A stretch of 64,000 nucleotides of DNA from Phoronis australis (lineage: Eukaryota > Animalia > Phoronida): the NCBI GenBank assembly GCA_002633005.1, contig NMRA01000021.1, forward strand, positions 1,051,119 through 1,115,118. Reading direction: 5' to 3'. The position numbers and the translations under genes are program-made. Below the pieces are notes generated by a model, which was not told the DNA's origin, ran no database searches, and saw only the letters and a program-made list of their open reading frames with translations. This document shows, piece by piece, positions 27,301-39,300 of the stretch (position 1 is the first letter of the stretch; each line of letters opens with the position of its first letter).

Positions 27301-30300
27301 ACAATACAATACAATAACAAGAACTATCATTTTCAAAGCCATACTGTGTTGCTGAAATGCTCTGAATTTCCCATTCTTCTGACGTAACTGTAGCAATGAC
27401 GCACATTTTCTTCCCATCAATTACTTTTCGTGTTGAAAATTTGAAGAAACATAATTTCACTGTCCTGCCAAACTGTATTCCTTACAACAGACTTGAAAAT
27501 AAAACATAGAAAGTCCAACAGGGCTCTACTTTACAAGCTATGAGAAATGAGTTTCTTGAAGTAAATTATTTAGTATATTGCTTTAGATATCCTGTACTCT
27601 GTGTTAATTACATATTTGTAATGTGGGCCAAAGGCCTATTTACATGAAATGCATTTACCATTCTGCCAGAACTAATTAGCAACAACCTGGAATTTCTACT
27701 GTGAAACAACAGGAAAGCACTGTGCCTAGCTTTAGTCGTTCACCAACTTTCCCATTCAAAGAGTTCTAAAGAATAAAATTAGCATTCCATAGAGGCAAAA
27801 AAATCTATTGTAGTCATTTTCGGCTTTTCCATGAAGGTATGTTTCCTTCAAGCAAGCAAACAATACAAGATGCTGAGAATATAAGAAAAAACTAAGTGCT
27901 TCACACCATAGCTTGAACCAAAGCAATGGTTTTCAAAAATGGTGCCTCACGGGGCTTTGAGATTACTCAATAAAGCTTGGTATACTTACGTTCCATATGC
28001 AAAGCACTCGACACGAACATTGTCACCACGTTTCGGGGCTGACGGGGATATCATTGGGAACCCATCGTAAATGACTGGCTCAACCACTTGAAAATCTTGA
28101 AGGAAACAAGTAAACAAATTCACCAACAGCAAAATAAAGTATCAGCTCTCAGTCTGGGAACAAGACAAGACACATCTTTACATTTTGTAGAAACTTAAGT
28201 GTAATAAGTCTCAACAAAAATCTAAACTTCGAAGGCAAGAAATTTCATTAATTTGAACACAATTTTAAGTACGCTGATCAGCTGGTGGCTATTTTCAGCT
28301 CAAAAAGTTCCCTCTTAATAGAAGGCTTTTGCTTGCACTATCTGAGTAACGTTTGCGTCGGCCAGAGACGCCAAATTCTACAGTGTTTTTTAACAAGTCG
28401 GCATCAGAACTAACACACCATCAATAAATTGTTTTTAAAAAATTAATCTTTGAATGGTTTCAGGTGTTTGCATCTTCTGAATACATTACTTTCACCGGAC
28501 ACTAAAACTGTGAATACCTTGTAAGAAAGCACATCAAAAGTACATACCCAGAATATTCCATGTTTTCTAAAGTTTAATGTACAGCTCCACTATGACAACA
28601 CAAAAGCAAGAAATTTATCCTGTTCAATCTGCCATCTTTTTGGTCACATCATGTGACCTAATGGATATAAGTCCGGACTTATATTCATTAGGTCACATGA
28701 TGTGACCAAAAAGATGGCGGATTGAACAGGATAAACTGCTTGCAACATATTCTACGCCTCACTGAATAAGATATACTTATAAAGCAGTTCACCAACTCTC
28801 TACCTTTGTCGTCACATCTGTGCACTAGTATTAATATCAGACAAGTAGGTGACATCAGACACAAGATACGGTCAGCCATATATGAATCGTTTGGATGCGT
28901 GCAGTTCTTTGCCTAACCCAGGGTCTTCAGATAACTCAAAAAGGGAAGTGGCAGAATCGTAGCTACTCAAGGCAGAGCCACCACAGACACACATTGACAA
29001 ATCGAAATTGATATCCATTTGTGATGTCATGTAGTGCAAATCTATTAGGTTGACTATTTATAGAACGTGTTGCTAGTGAACCGTCACATTCTTCCGAAGT
29101 GGTTTGTCTATTGTGTTCATAGTACAAGAGTAACACAGAGCAATGAAATTCGTAAAGTGTGCATCGCAAATAGCGCAAATACAAGGAACGGTAACTATTT
29201 TAAACATTCTTACTTAATGAAGCAATGCTAGTAAACTCAAAATAGCCTCCAGGGGGCGCATAGCAAGTCAGCAATACTCTCCTCAATAGGATCACACTTA
29301 CCAAGCTCATAAAAACTAAAACTGGAACTGGGGGCACAGTGGGTCAGATAACAGTCCAAGGTAGTCACCTGTTGTCACATTCACAAAAATACAAATGCCA
29401 AAGATCCAACAGGGAGAAACAGCTGCGGATGCGAAAAAGCAAACAGCCACTAGGGGGCTTCACAGTAGTCAAGATGTCCAAAACCCACCAATAATGCTCT
29501 TCCCCCTAAGAACATATTTACCTAATTCATAGCGATTGCTCCAAACTTGAGAACAGGTGTTTTTAAACAGGAAGAATGGATTTGTGCCAATCCTGAAAAT
29601 GGCATAGTTGCTAAGGTTTGACAGTCCAGTCGATGTCTACTTGGTCTAACGTCCAAGTAAATTGAAACGCACATGAATGGGTTTGTTTACTCTACCTAAT
29701 TAGATATTCAAGATGGTGGTCAAAGTCATGGACTCGTATGTTGTACAATTTCAAAGACTTCTGGTTGTGTAGAATTTTGGATGTACCAACTTCTTGACAT
29801 CGAATTCAGACTAACATTACAAGGATATAGACTATGAGCGCTGTGCAAGACATGACACTGAGAGAAAACATAGGCTCGACAGTCAGGAACATATATTATA
29901 AAAATGCAACTCCCTTTACCAAAGACACTTTATTCAGACTGTCCGCTACGTGGAAAACAGGACGGTGCTGAGTAATAGTTTTTGGACTCAGTCAACATTG
30001 GCATCTCTAGTATGACCATCACATTTTTTTGAGTAAATGATTCCACATGCTGTTTCAAACACCTCTGTATAGACTTCCATTTAAAGTTATTGAATAAACA
30101 AATGGTCTTTGTTGTATCAATGACACTTTTATTCCACTTCACTGTACTATGTTATTACATGGGTGGATACTGCATGGCGCTGCAGTGGTACCGACGGTCA
30201 GACCGCCAACACTCGCATGGGCTCCTGTTTTCGGTCAATTTTTTTGGAAATTTGGACTCCCACTTTTGAAATCCTGGATAAGCCACTGTTTGGCTGACAA

Positions 30301-33300
30301 GAGAAGCAGATGCAAAGACAGACTCAAAAATAATGAAAAAACGGCCACTAGGTGGCGTGCACAACGTCAAGTCCATCTGCAAATGAAGAGATGTCATCAC
30401 CTCTAATCTTATTACCAAATTTTCATAAAAAAATGACCAGGATTTCAAAGATACAGAGGAAAACTGAAAATATCATTGCCACTATGGGAACAGCCATTGC
30501 TGGATCCGTCCAAAGTCGACATCACCTGATGTCATCCACATACAAATACACTACCTGCCAAATTTAACAAAGATCCTGCAAAGGGTTTAGGAGATACAGT
30601 CATGCATGCAATAGTTGGAGCCATCCGAAAATCATCACAGTCATCCTCTTCCCAGTAAAAACATAATTTTATCGGTCAATTTTCATAATCAACCTTATAT
30701 TGGTTTGACCTAGAGAGGCAGACTGCAAATAAAACCAAACACGAAAGGCGCAAAATATGTTGAATACTTTGGAAAACATGAAGCTGGCATAATCCTAGAA
30801 GATAACTATTTGCCAAATTTCATGAAAACCCATTAAGGAACACCGAAGATACAGAGGCAAACGTAAAAAACTAAAATTGCCACTAGGGGAAAACCAGTAG
30901 TTGGATCCGCTCAAAAATTCGCTCATGCCGTCTCGTCTATGAAAGGAACATATTTGAAAAATTTCATGAGCGTACACCAAGGTTTTGGAGATACAGCAGT
31001 GGAAGCCAAACAGATGCGGAGGACAAAGATGACAGCATAATGCGCTCACATATAAATATAGGCGCATAATAAGTGTGACTGTATAACTTTTTCATAACCT
31101 TAAATCTTTTTGAAAACAACAGCAGGAGTAAAGACATATGACTGCACCAGTTGTTCAATACACTTACTTTGCGACACGACTCTAACGGGATTTTTAGTAC
31201 TAGACTCGGCTTCCCCGTATGGTGTGGTGACCAGGCAGTAATAGTTCCCAGAGTCACTAGTAGTGATAGATGAAAAGTAAAGAGTGCCACCTTGAGAAAT
31301 GAATATGTAAGGCTTATTGTCGGAGCGGACAAAGTTGTCTGGCCGGTCTTTGTACCACTGGTAAGTCTTGTCAACTGAAAAGTAGAAAGACAGTAATGAC
31401 CTCGCAGGAATACTCTAAATTGTCAACATTATATTTTACTCGATACACCAAGTTCACAACTAGATTAGCTATTATACAGGGACAAGCATGGATGTCTTGT
31501 TTAGGTTTGTCAGAGGAAATACTTTTGACTCTTGGAATAATGCAAGCAAACTGTTCTCGTCTACCACGCCCTTTTTCCTGCCACTCACACTACCGCAGTC
31601 TCAAGGTACAGATGTTTTGGGAAATGAAGCAGCTGTTAACAACCACGGGTCCTTCAGTGTGCTGGAAACCATACCGAGAACCACTTATCATTACAATGTC
31701 ACAAAAGTCTCGATTTGCGAGACTCTTTGTAATATGTAAGCGAGTATGCTAATATCTCATGCTGGTGGAAGAAGACCCGATGCCAGCCAAGAGAACAAAG
31801 AAGGGCCGTAATTTCATTTTGCCATCACCTTGGACAATCATGCCATTTTGCGTCTCTAGTAGTGCAAATATTAGGTATTTGTAGAAGCTTCTCGTCCACA
31901 ATTCTTAGAACAACACGGGAATCCATGGGAAACCCCCAAAGCATTGTCACTACCCTAATGAAACACGGGACAGTTGTTTATTTCACTATCAGATAACGAT
32001 TGCATAATATTTGGAATTACTGGAGGGGTTTTTATATGTTCGCACTTACTTTAAGTGTATCAGTTATGGTGTTTTCTTTAAAACCTCAATTTATTTTTAT
32101 TACAAATTGTTTCTTTTTCTGATCATACTTGCAAACATTCTTCCCCAGGAAGTCACTAGGTGGCACTTGCTACAAATTTAAATATGGTTAAAATGAGACA
32201 TAGCATCCTTAAGGTGGCCAGGAAGGATAGCAATACTGATAGCCCGGAAATTGAACTTACTGTTACTTGAAGGGGGCGGATTGCATGCAATCGTAGCATA
32301 GGTATATGAATTGACGGTCTGGGAGTCACGCTCATCACTTGGAAACGCCGGTAGTTCTGAAATTATTCAATAATGCATTTGAAAATTTATTTTTATTTCT
32401 AAGTATGTCTACCACACAACTGAAGCAAATGAAAATAATTCGTTATGGCAGATAGTTCTACACATTGGTAATTAGGTTAAGCTGAAGTAAACAAAACTTC
32501 AAATGGGACGTAATCATGTTAGCTGAGACGCATTTTCCTGTTGAAGCGATCAATAAACTCCATTCGGTCCATGGTGTTAGTACGTGTATATAGAGAAACT
32601 AACTTACTCCAATTAAGAACCAAAAAACAACTCCACACGAAAATGTGAACGAAAGCAACGACTTCAAAGATGACACGAACTGCCAGGAGAGGGGCACAAG
32701 GGGGGGTGGATGTATTGCGATACTCACCTCCAAATGTGACCTGTACTTTATGGCTTATAATAGTACCATACTTATTGCTAGCCTTGCAAACGTATTGTCC
32801 AAAATCTTTATCGCTGATCGGCATGTTAATGGTAAGGTAGCCATTGGAAACAGTGTACCTGAAGCAAGAGGGTTGAGGAGAATGATTTGGGTCATCAAGT
32901 TTAATATTTAAGGTCTCCATTTGAGTCTGTAGTTGCCTGGCAGATGTCGGGCATAGCACGGATTGCCTTTTGTCTCCCAGCACTTGATCTTAACTTTGGC
33001 GTATGATAACACTTACTACGCAACAACATCATGGATAGGTGTACTCCGCGCAGATAAACCAATACGGTCACCCCACCGGTTAGAAACATTTTTTTTTCTC
33101 AAAAGTTGACTGTCCATAAGACAGTTCATTTCACAAGTAGGCAATATTTCTTCTAATCAAGCATCACCAACACTTTGAAACAAAGATTTCTAGTGAACTC
33201 TCAAATGATTCAGTGCAATACAGTACAAGTAAGCAAAGAAAATACCATTTTCCCATTGTGACGGCTCATTCTATTAACAACAAAAATTACTGATAATTAT

Positions 33301-36300
33301 CCCTAGTGTGACAAAATAGTAATTTCACTAGCTTTCATGTTAATTGCCCTTCATTCACAGCTGTGAAGGACGACCACTTTCATGACAAATTAGGCTTCCC
33401 CCACCATCATGATGCGGAATTCCGGGTGTTTTGGCTGAATACTTTTCACTGTTTCTGTGTCTGCGTGTACCAGCGCAGTCTCGTTGTTCTCCAGTTTTTA
33501 TCTTTTTCAAAATCGCACTATTTGTCGCAGCGATTTTATACCAAATGCAGACGCCATTGATGAACCACGCTATCCCAGGCACAGGCGCTTGAATTTATCT
33601 GTTCCTCGATTGCCTCTGACGTCACTCACTACTAAGAAAGCATGTTTCTTGAATATGGTTATGAGTCGAGACATTCGAGCGCCTGTGATCCGCAATTACA
33701 ATTTTCGTACCTCCGAAACATAAAGAGCAGTTTCCGCTTTTCGAGCTGTCAGCAACGCCGCGGTGAGAAACCAATTTGACGCGATTGTTTCATGGCAAAT
33801 ACGATTTTTTCCGCGGAAGTATAACGAAAATACGCAGAGGGGCTAGCTAAAAGGAAAAAGCGGAAATCCGCGTTTCCGCCGAAAATTCCAAGCCTTGGAC
33901 TTCAAAAGGACACTTAATTTTATGTTCACCAAAGATAGCGCATCCAGAAATCATTAAGATTTAGTTCATATCAACAACATCCCATACGGCACTGATGAGT
34001 TTCATTCCACAAAATGTAGGGGTGATATACATTACATAAAGATCTACTCTTACCTGTCGTCATTTTGGGGATTCAGTACCTCTGTTACCCCACTTTTAGT
34101 CCGCTCCCACGTGTACGTTGGCTGAGGCCAGCCGTCGGCAGCGCAAGCTAACTGCACCTTGCGATTAGACGTTGTCTTCTTGTTAAAGAACACATCCTTG
34201 GGGAGAACCGTGAATCGTGGACCACGAGGCACTTTTGTCTCATCCGCGATGTTGAGACCGTAGTCTTTGGGTATGAAAATGAGCATTAACAGAGAATGAA
34301 CACTATTGTAGTGCGCGAAGTTGACAATAACACAACTGCATAAATGAGAAACGTAAAATACGCTGTTAAAAAGAATGCACAAATTGAACAAGATAGAAGA
34401 CCATCTGCTTAATGTAAACCTAAGTTTGAAATCAATAATTGTGCAAAACATCCAAGGCACCATGTTAATTCCAGAAAACAAGTGGACAGTGGGCTTAAAA
34501 TAGAGAAAACATTTCCAATAGCAGTTCTGCGATTTGTAAAGCAAGTTTCTAAGAAGGAAAGCAAGATCACACAAGACGTGCGAAACCCCTAACTGAAAAG
34601 TGAGCGCCGCATTAGCAAAATGGCCAGCACAGAAATGACTGGGATCGAAATACTGAAGTTACACCAGAAGTTAATAGAAAAGTCTAACAGTCTAGAATTC
34701 TTGCCCTGAAAGTATAGCATCCACAGAGCGCACCACAAGTAAAATGCACTGCCTGCACTCCGAGAAAATAAATTCAAAAATTTAAAACCTGCAGGATACA
34801 GAAAAGCAACAAATGAAACAACAACAAGAATCGTTATAACATCACAAAACCGACAGACCTGGTCCCCGAATCACCATCACAATCCGCTCAGCATTGGCAC
34901 GGCTGGTTTCACATATGTATGACCTGGCTGCATCTACCCCTCTTACCCAGCCCCAACGACCCAGAAAATCTGTAGAAAAACAGAGAGCAATTTAACGCGC
35001 ACTGATGAATTACTTAGTTATGAGCCACATGTTGATAACATTGCAGACTGAAACTTTAACAACCATTTTCCTAGACTTTTTGTGTTTAAGGACTCTGTGC
35101 AAAGCAAAATTTCTATCATTTCCAGATGGACACAAAATTCTAAGCTTTCTCCAAACTTCAAATATTAATTAAGCACCAGGTGGCACTAGAATAGTCTCAT
35201 TTGTAAATGCATGCATGCATGTAGGTGTTCACACTGAACACTCAACCCATGAAAAGCTTTCTGTTATCATAAAGCTCAATAAACCCCATTCAGACTTGAA
35301 ATTTTGATAGGACAAGACAGCAGGTCTGGTCTAAAGGCAGATCAGAGGTGTAAACCAGTCTTTAACAAACACATCTTACTTGTCATCTTATGAATGAGTA
35401 CTTAGCTTAACATTAATGTTAGAAAAAATAAATATTCCTGCCAATCACATACAATCACCATGACGTCAGACGATATCATGGTAGACCAGATGGCTGAAGA
35501 GCTTACATAAGGGAAACTATTTTCAGAAGGCAAATCAAACGTTCAGATTGGCAGCTGTATCAGACGACAAAAGGACCCCTTCTACACGAGCACCACCTTG
35601 TGAACATCAAGTCTTCTTCCGGTATCACACAAGAGACACACTTACTGTCAAACTCGTAATAAATGAAATCTCCTTTGCGGTTGACCTTGTGGTCCTCAGA
35701 CAGCCAACCATAGGCACCGACATCTGTATCAATGACAGAGCCATCCTCCCATTTGAAGCTGCTGCCTGGGTCATTGATGTCACGACGACCGCTGGTGTAC
35801 CAGCCATAGCTTAAGCATAAACAAAAAAAAAGGCGATGAAAGCTCCCCCAGTGGAACAGGGAAACACTGCAACGAGATATCTAAATCCAGAATAACAAAA
35901 TGTACAACACTTCAAAATAAATAAAACAATATCGTGTTTCCATGGCGTGACGGTTACCGACCTGCCATTTCACCTATTCTTTGGGTGAAGTCAAGACTAG
36001 AACTCTGTGCTCCAATGGTCAAGAGGACAAATTCCAGGCCATATTATTTTTATTTTTTTTTATTTTTTTATTTTGCTCTAGCATGATGATTACATGTCAC
36101 ATAGAACAATACAATATACATCATTTACAAAGAATAACATCAAACCACTAGTCAACAAGTACCGTATGTTCTTCAGGATAACGTTTACGAACATTTGGAA
36201 ATTGAGGTTTTTTAACAAACTTTGGCTAAATGTTTAAGTTTTTGCTAGCATGATCAACAAATTAATGTTACAATTTTCCAACTGAATGTTCCCGAAAAAA

Positions 36301-39300
36301 CACTGTTATCTTGTCCACATGAAAATTTGTTTTAACCACTCAGCAAACAGGAGCTAGAAACCATAGACGAGACGACATTACCAATTAAGTTTCACTGTGT
36401 TCACCACAGACGGAGCATAAATCACTTGCTTTTATTTTAAATTCATGTAAATAACTATAAGTTGGCAACATTCTATGAATTAAGCAGTTTGAAACCAACG
36501 CAATTTTGTATCTTTTGTACAATTGAAGGGGAGTTTATTTACTTTTCTCCACCATGTATCAGAGTCACTAAAATTTGTATTATTTATAACACCGTTCATA
36601 TCTATCTCAGATGAACACTTGTTTTTATACTTACAAGCTGTCTGAAGTGACTGTACTAAGGTGTCATATATATTTACCGCTTGTGATTTATTATGCAAAA
36701 TTTTATAAATGTAACTTGGTAAATTTGGTAAAAAGATAATGTCTTGTCTATTCTTAAGACCCCTGTACACTGCAAAGGTTGCACTTCTTCAGGTCATGTG
36801 CACTATAACGCCACACCCACGTGTATTAAGAACAAGAGCGGCGATGAGCACTGAAATCTGCCGACTGCAGTGCAAATGATATGCCTCTAGGAGTGTTCAT
36901 TAGCATCATAGAAATGGCCAAAAGATGGCATGGAATACGTTAAACCCGACCATCTTCCGGTGTACAGCATTTTTAGATGAACGCATACGGGCATCTGGTA
37001 CAATAATGGTGGACAATTACATTATGTTTCCTGCTACGCTGCACTGGACCATTAAGTACAGCAAACTTCCCTACCAGTTACTGGACGACTCGATGTCCTA
37101 GCAGTGGCAGTGCTGCAACGACAACCGCAAGGTCCCAGATTCAAACCCCGCAGTCTACCAGCGACAAAAAATATAATCCAAATACCCACCATGCATGTAC
37201 CATACACCCAAGCATGTTTCTCCAAGGACACTCCAAAACTTGAAGATGGTAGAAGAGACCGACCAAAATAACGTGACATGGTGGATTTATTTTTAGTAAA
37301 TTGACATTTTAGACCTGAAGGCCTAAATATATGGTGTACAGCACACAAGGCCTAAATATATGGTGTACAGCACACAGCATGAAATGAAAGAATAACCCAA
37401 AAATCAACATTTGCCTACAAACTACCCGAGGCATTTCGGTACAAGTACTAGGAGTTCTGTAGAAACAGATAGTTCACGAAAAACTCGTTTGCAAAATCCA
37501 ACCAAATTCATTCTTGTAAAATCCTATCAATGCGACGTCTAACTGTGCTTGCCGATATTATCAGCTAACGAACAAAAACAGCAATCTTGTATACGTGATT
37601 TTGTTGTCGCATTTACTTGAAACACAGTTTGTCTGTGTTAATTCCGTGTCAAACGTGCAATTCACCTGATAGCCACCAGATGGCGTATTTCAGAATTAAC
37701 CCCCACTGGTAACAGGAATTAGCTACCAAAAATAACCCTTACTTTGTCTCTCCTATGCTTAGTAACTGCGTGACGATGAAGTCGTTCTCGGCAATGTCGT
37801 TCACGCTCACCAGTGTAGCGCCATACACCTGAAAACGAAATCATGAAACTTGTACCGAGATTTTTCGTACATAAGCCCGTGGGCGTGTATTCGAAAAATG
37901 AAAATTTTCAGTTGTTTTAGTAACACCAAATAAATTCCTATTGTTTATTCGGAAAAGGGGGGCATGTAAACAGAAAGTCAAAGTTTTGGTTATTCAAATC
38001 CCAGCATGAAGCACGGTATGTATTTTAAGTGAAACAGCCTTTGTGGGTTGACCAACACTTCGTTTCTAGAAATGATGAATGCTCCCCAAAACTGAATTTG
38101 TGTCTATAAGTTGACGCTGAGTGGACTTTTAACACCGAATTTTCCAAATAAAAGCTCCACTATCTGGACATTTGACAACAGAAATTGTAACACCAAATGA
38201 CCGCCCATGAACGTTTATTCGGCATAATTTTCAGAATAAACGCCCATGGGCATAACTTTCCGAATAAGCACCCATGGGCATTTCATCAGGTGGGCTTATC
38301 TACGAAAAATCTCGGTAGCAATATTGACCATTTTGACAATTCTCAAAGTGACGCGAGTGCAAAGGAATGTGGGAGAGTAGTACCCACGCAAAGTAATAGT
38401 CACCATATGCAGCGCCCTCTATGATTCTGTGGTATTTATCCACAATGCTACATATCAACAGATTATTTGAACCGCGGCAATAAAGAGCTGCACAACTAAC
38501 CCCTTTTTTACACCAGTTTGCCGATAAACTTTTACCATTGTATAGTGACAGGCATCAAAAACTGAAGGAAAACTTTATGGGACTCCAGATACATCATTCA
38601 CCAGCCCAACTCAGCTAAGAAGTGTGCTGGCGATCCTACGTTTTGAAAACTAAGACAATCATACTTTGTGTTTTTCTGTCTCCGAAAAAGAAAAAAGATG
38701 AATCCGTGAGGCAAATTAATTAACAACACATAAGAGGAGAGCGAGAAACAACCAAAAACATAAAATATCAAAGTTTCCAGTTTTTGTTTTCAAACGCTCA
38801 ACATACATTGCTTAAAATTTTACGATGTGGTGTTTGGTGATGTTATCCGTAAGAAAATTAATTTATTCTTGTTCGACTAAACCGTTACTACACATGGATG
38901 TAAAAATACATACCTCACATGCCAGCCTGGCATCAGCATGCAGGTGCGTGGGTTTAACGAAATAATAACAGTTGTCTGAGTATTCCACCCATGGTTCAGG
39001 ACAATCTAAAATAGAAAATTCTTTGTATTCATCAGATGTAAGCCACAATGTGATTTTGATGAGTATTATTCAGTTTACAAAACCTTTTCTCACTGAAAAC
39101 TGTCGATTATTTCGAAGCAAACATTTTTGGTAGTATATAAAAACAAATGGTAGTTGTTTATTTTTAATCCGGCTATCTTCAAGGTTCTGACAAAGCTAGA
39201 CAAATTTGACGAAATTGTATAAACCTACAGTAGCAGTACCTGTAGTAATAATACATTCTTAAAGCATTGCCATGTAACAATACATCACTACTGCACTTCA

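Noticed and set aside
30964-31752. ORFs of 136 and 118 aa near exon 9
   Set aside because: They are alternative-frame or intronic ORFs; the real exon 31168-31374 is read in another frame.
37095-37162. tRNA-like sequence (A/B-box-like, ending in CCA)
   Set aside because: No intact cloverleaf; at best a decayed SINE head.
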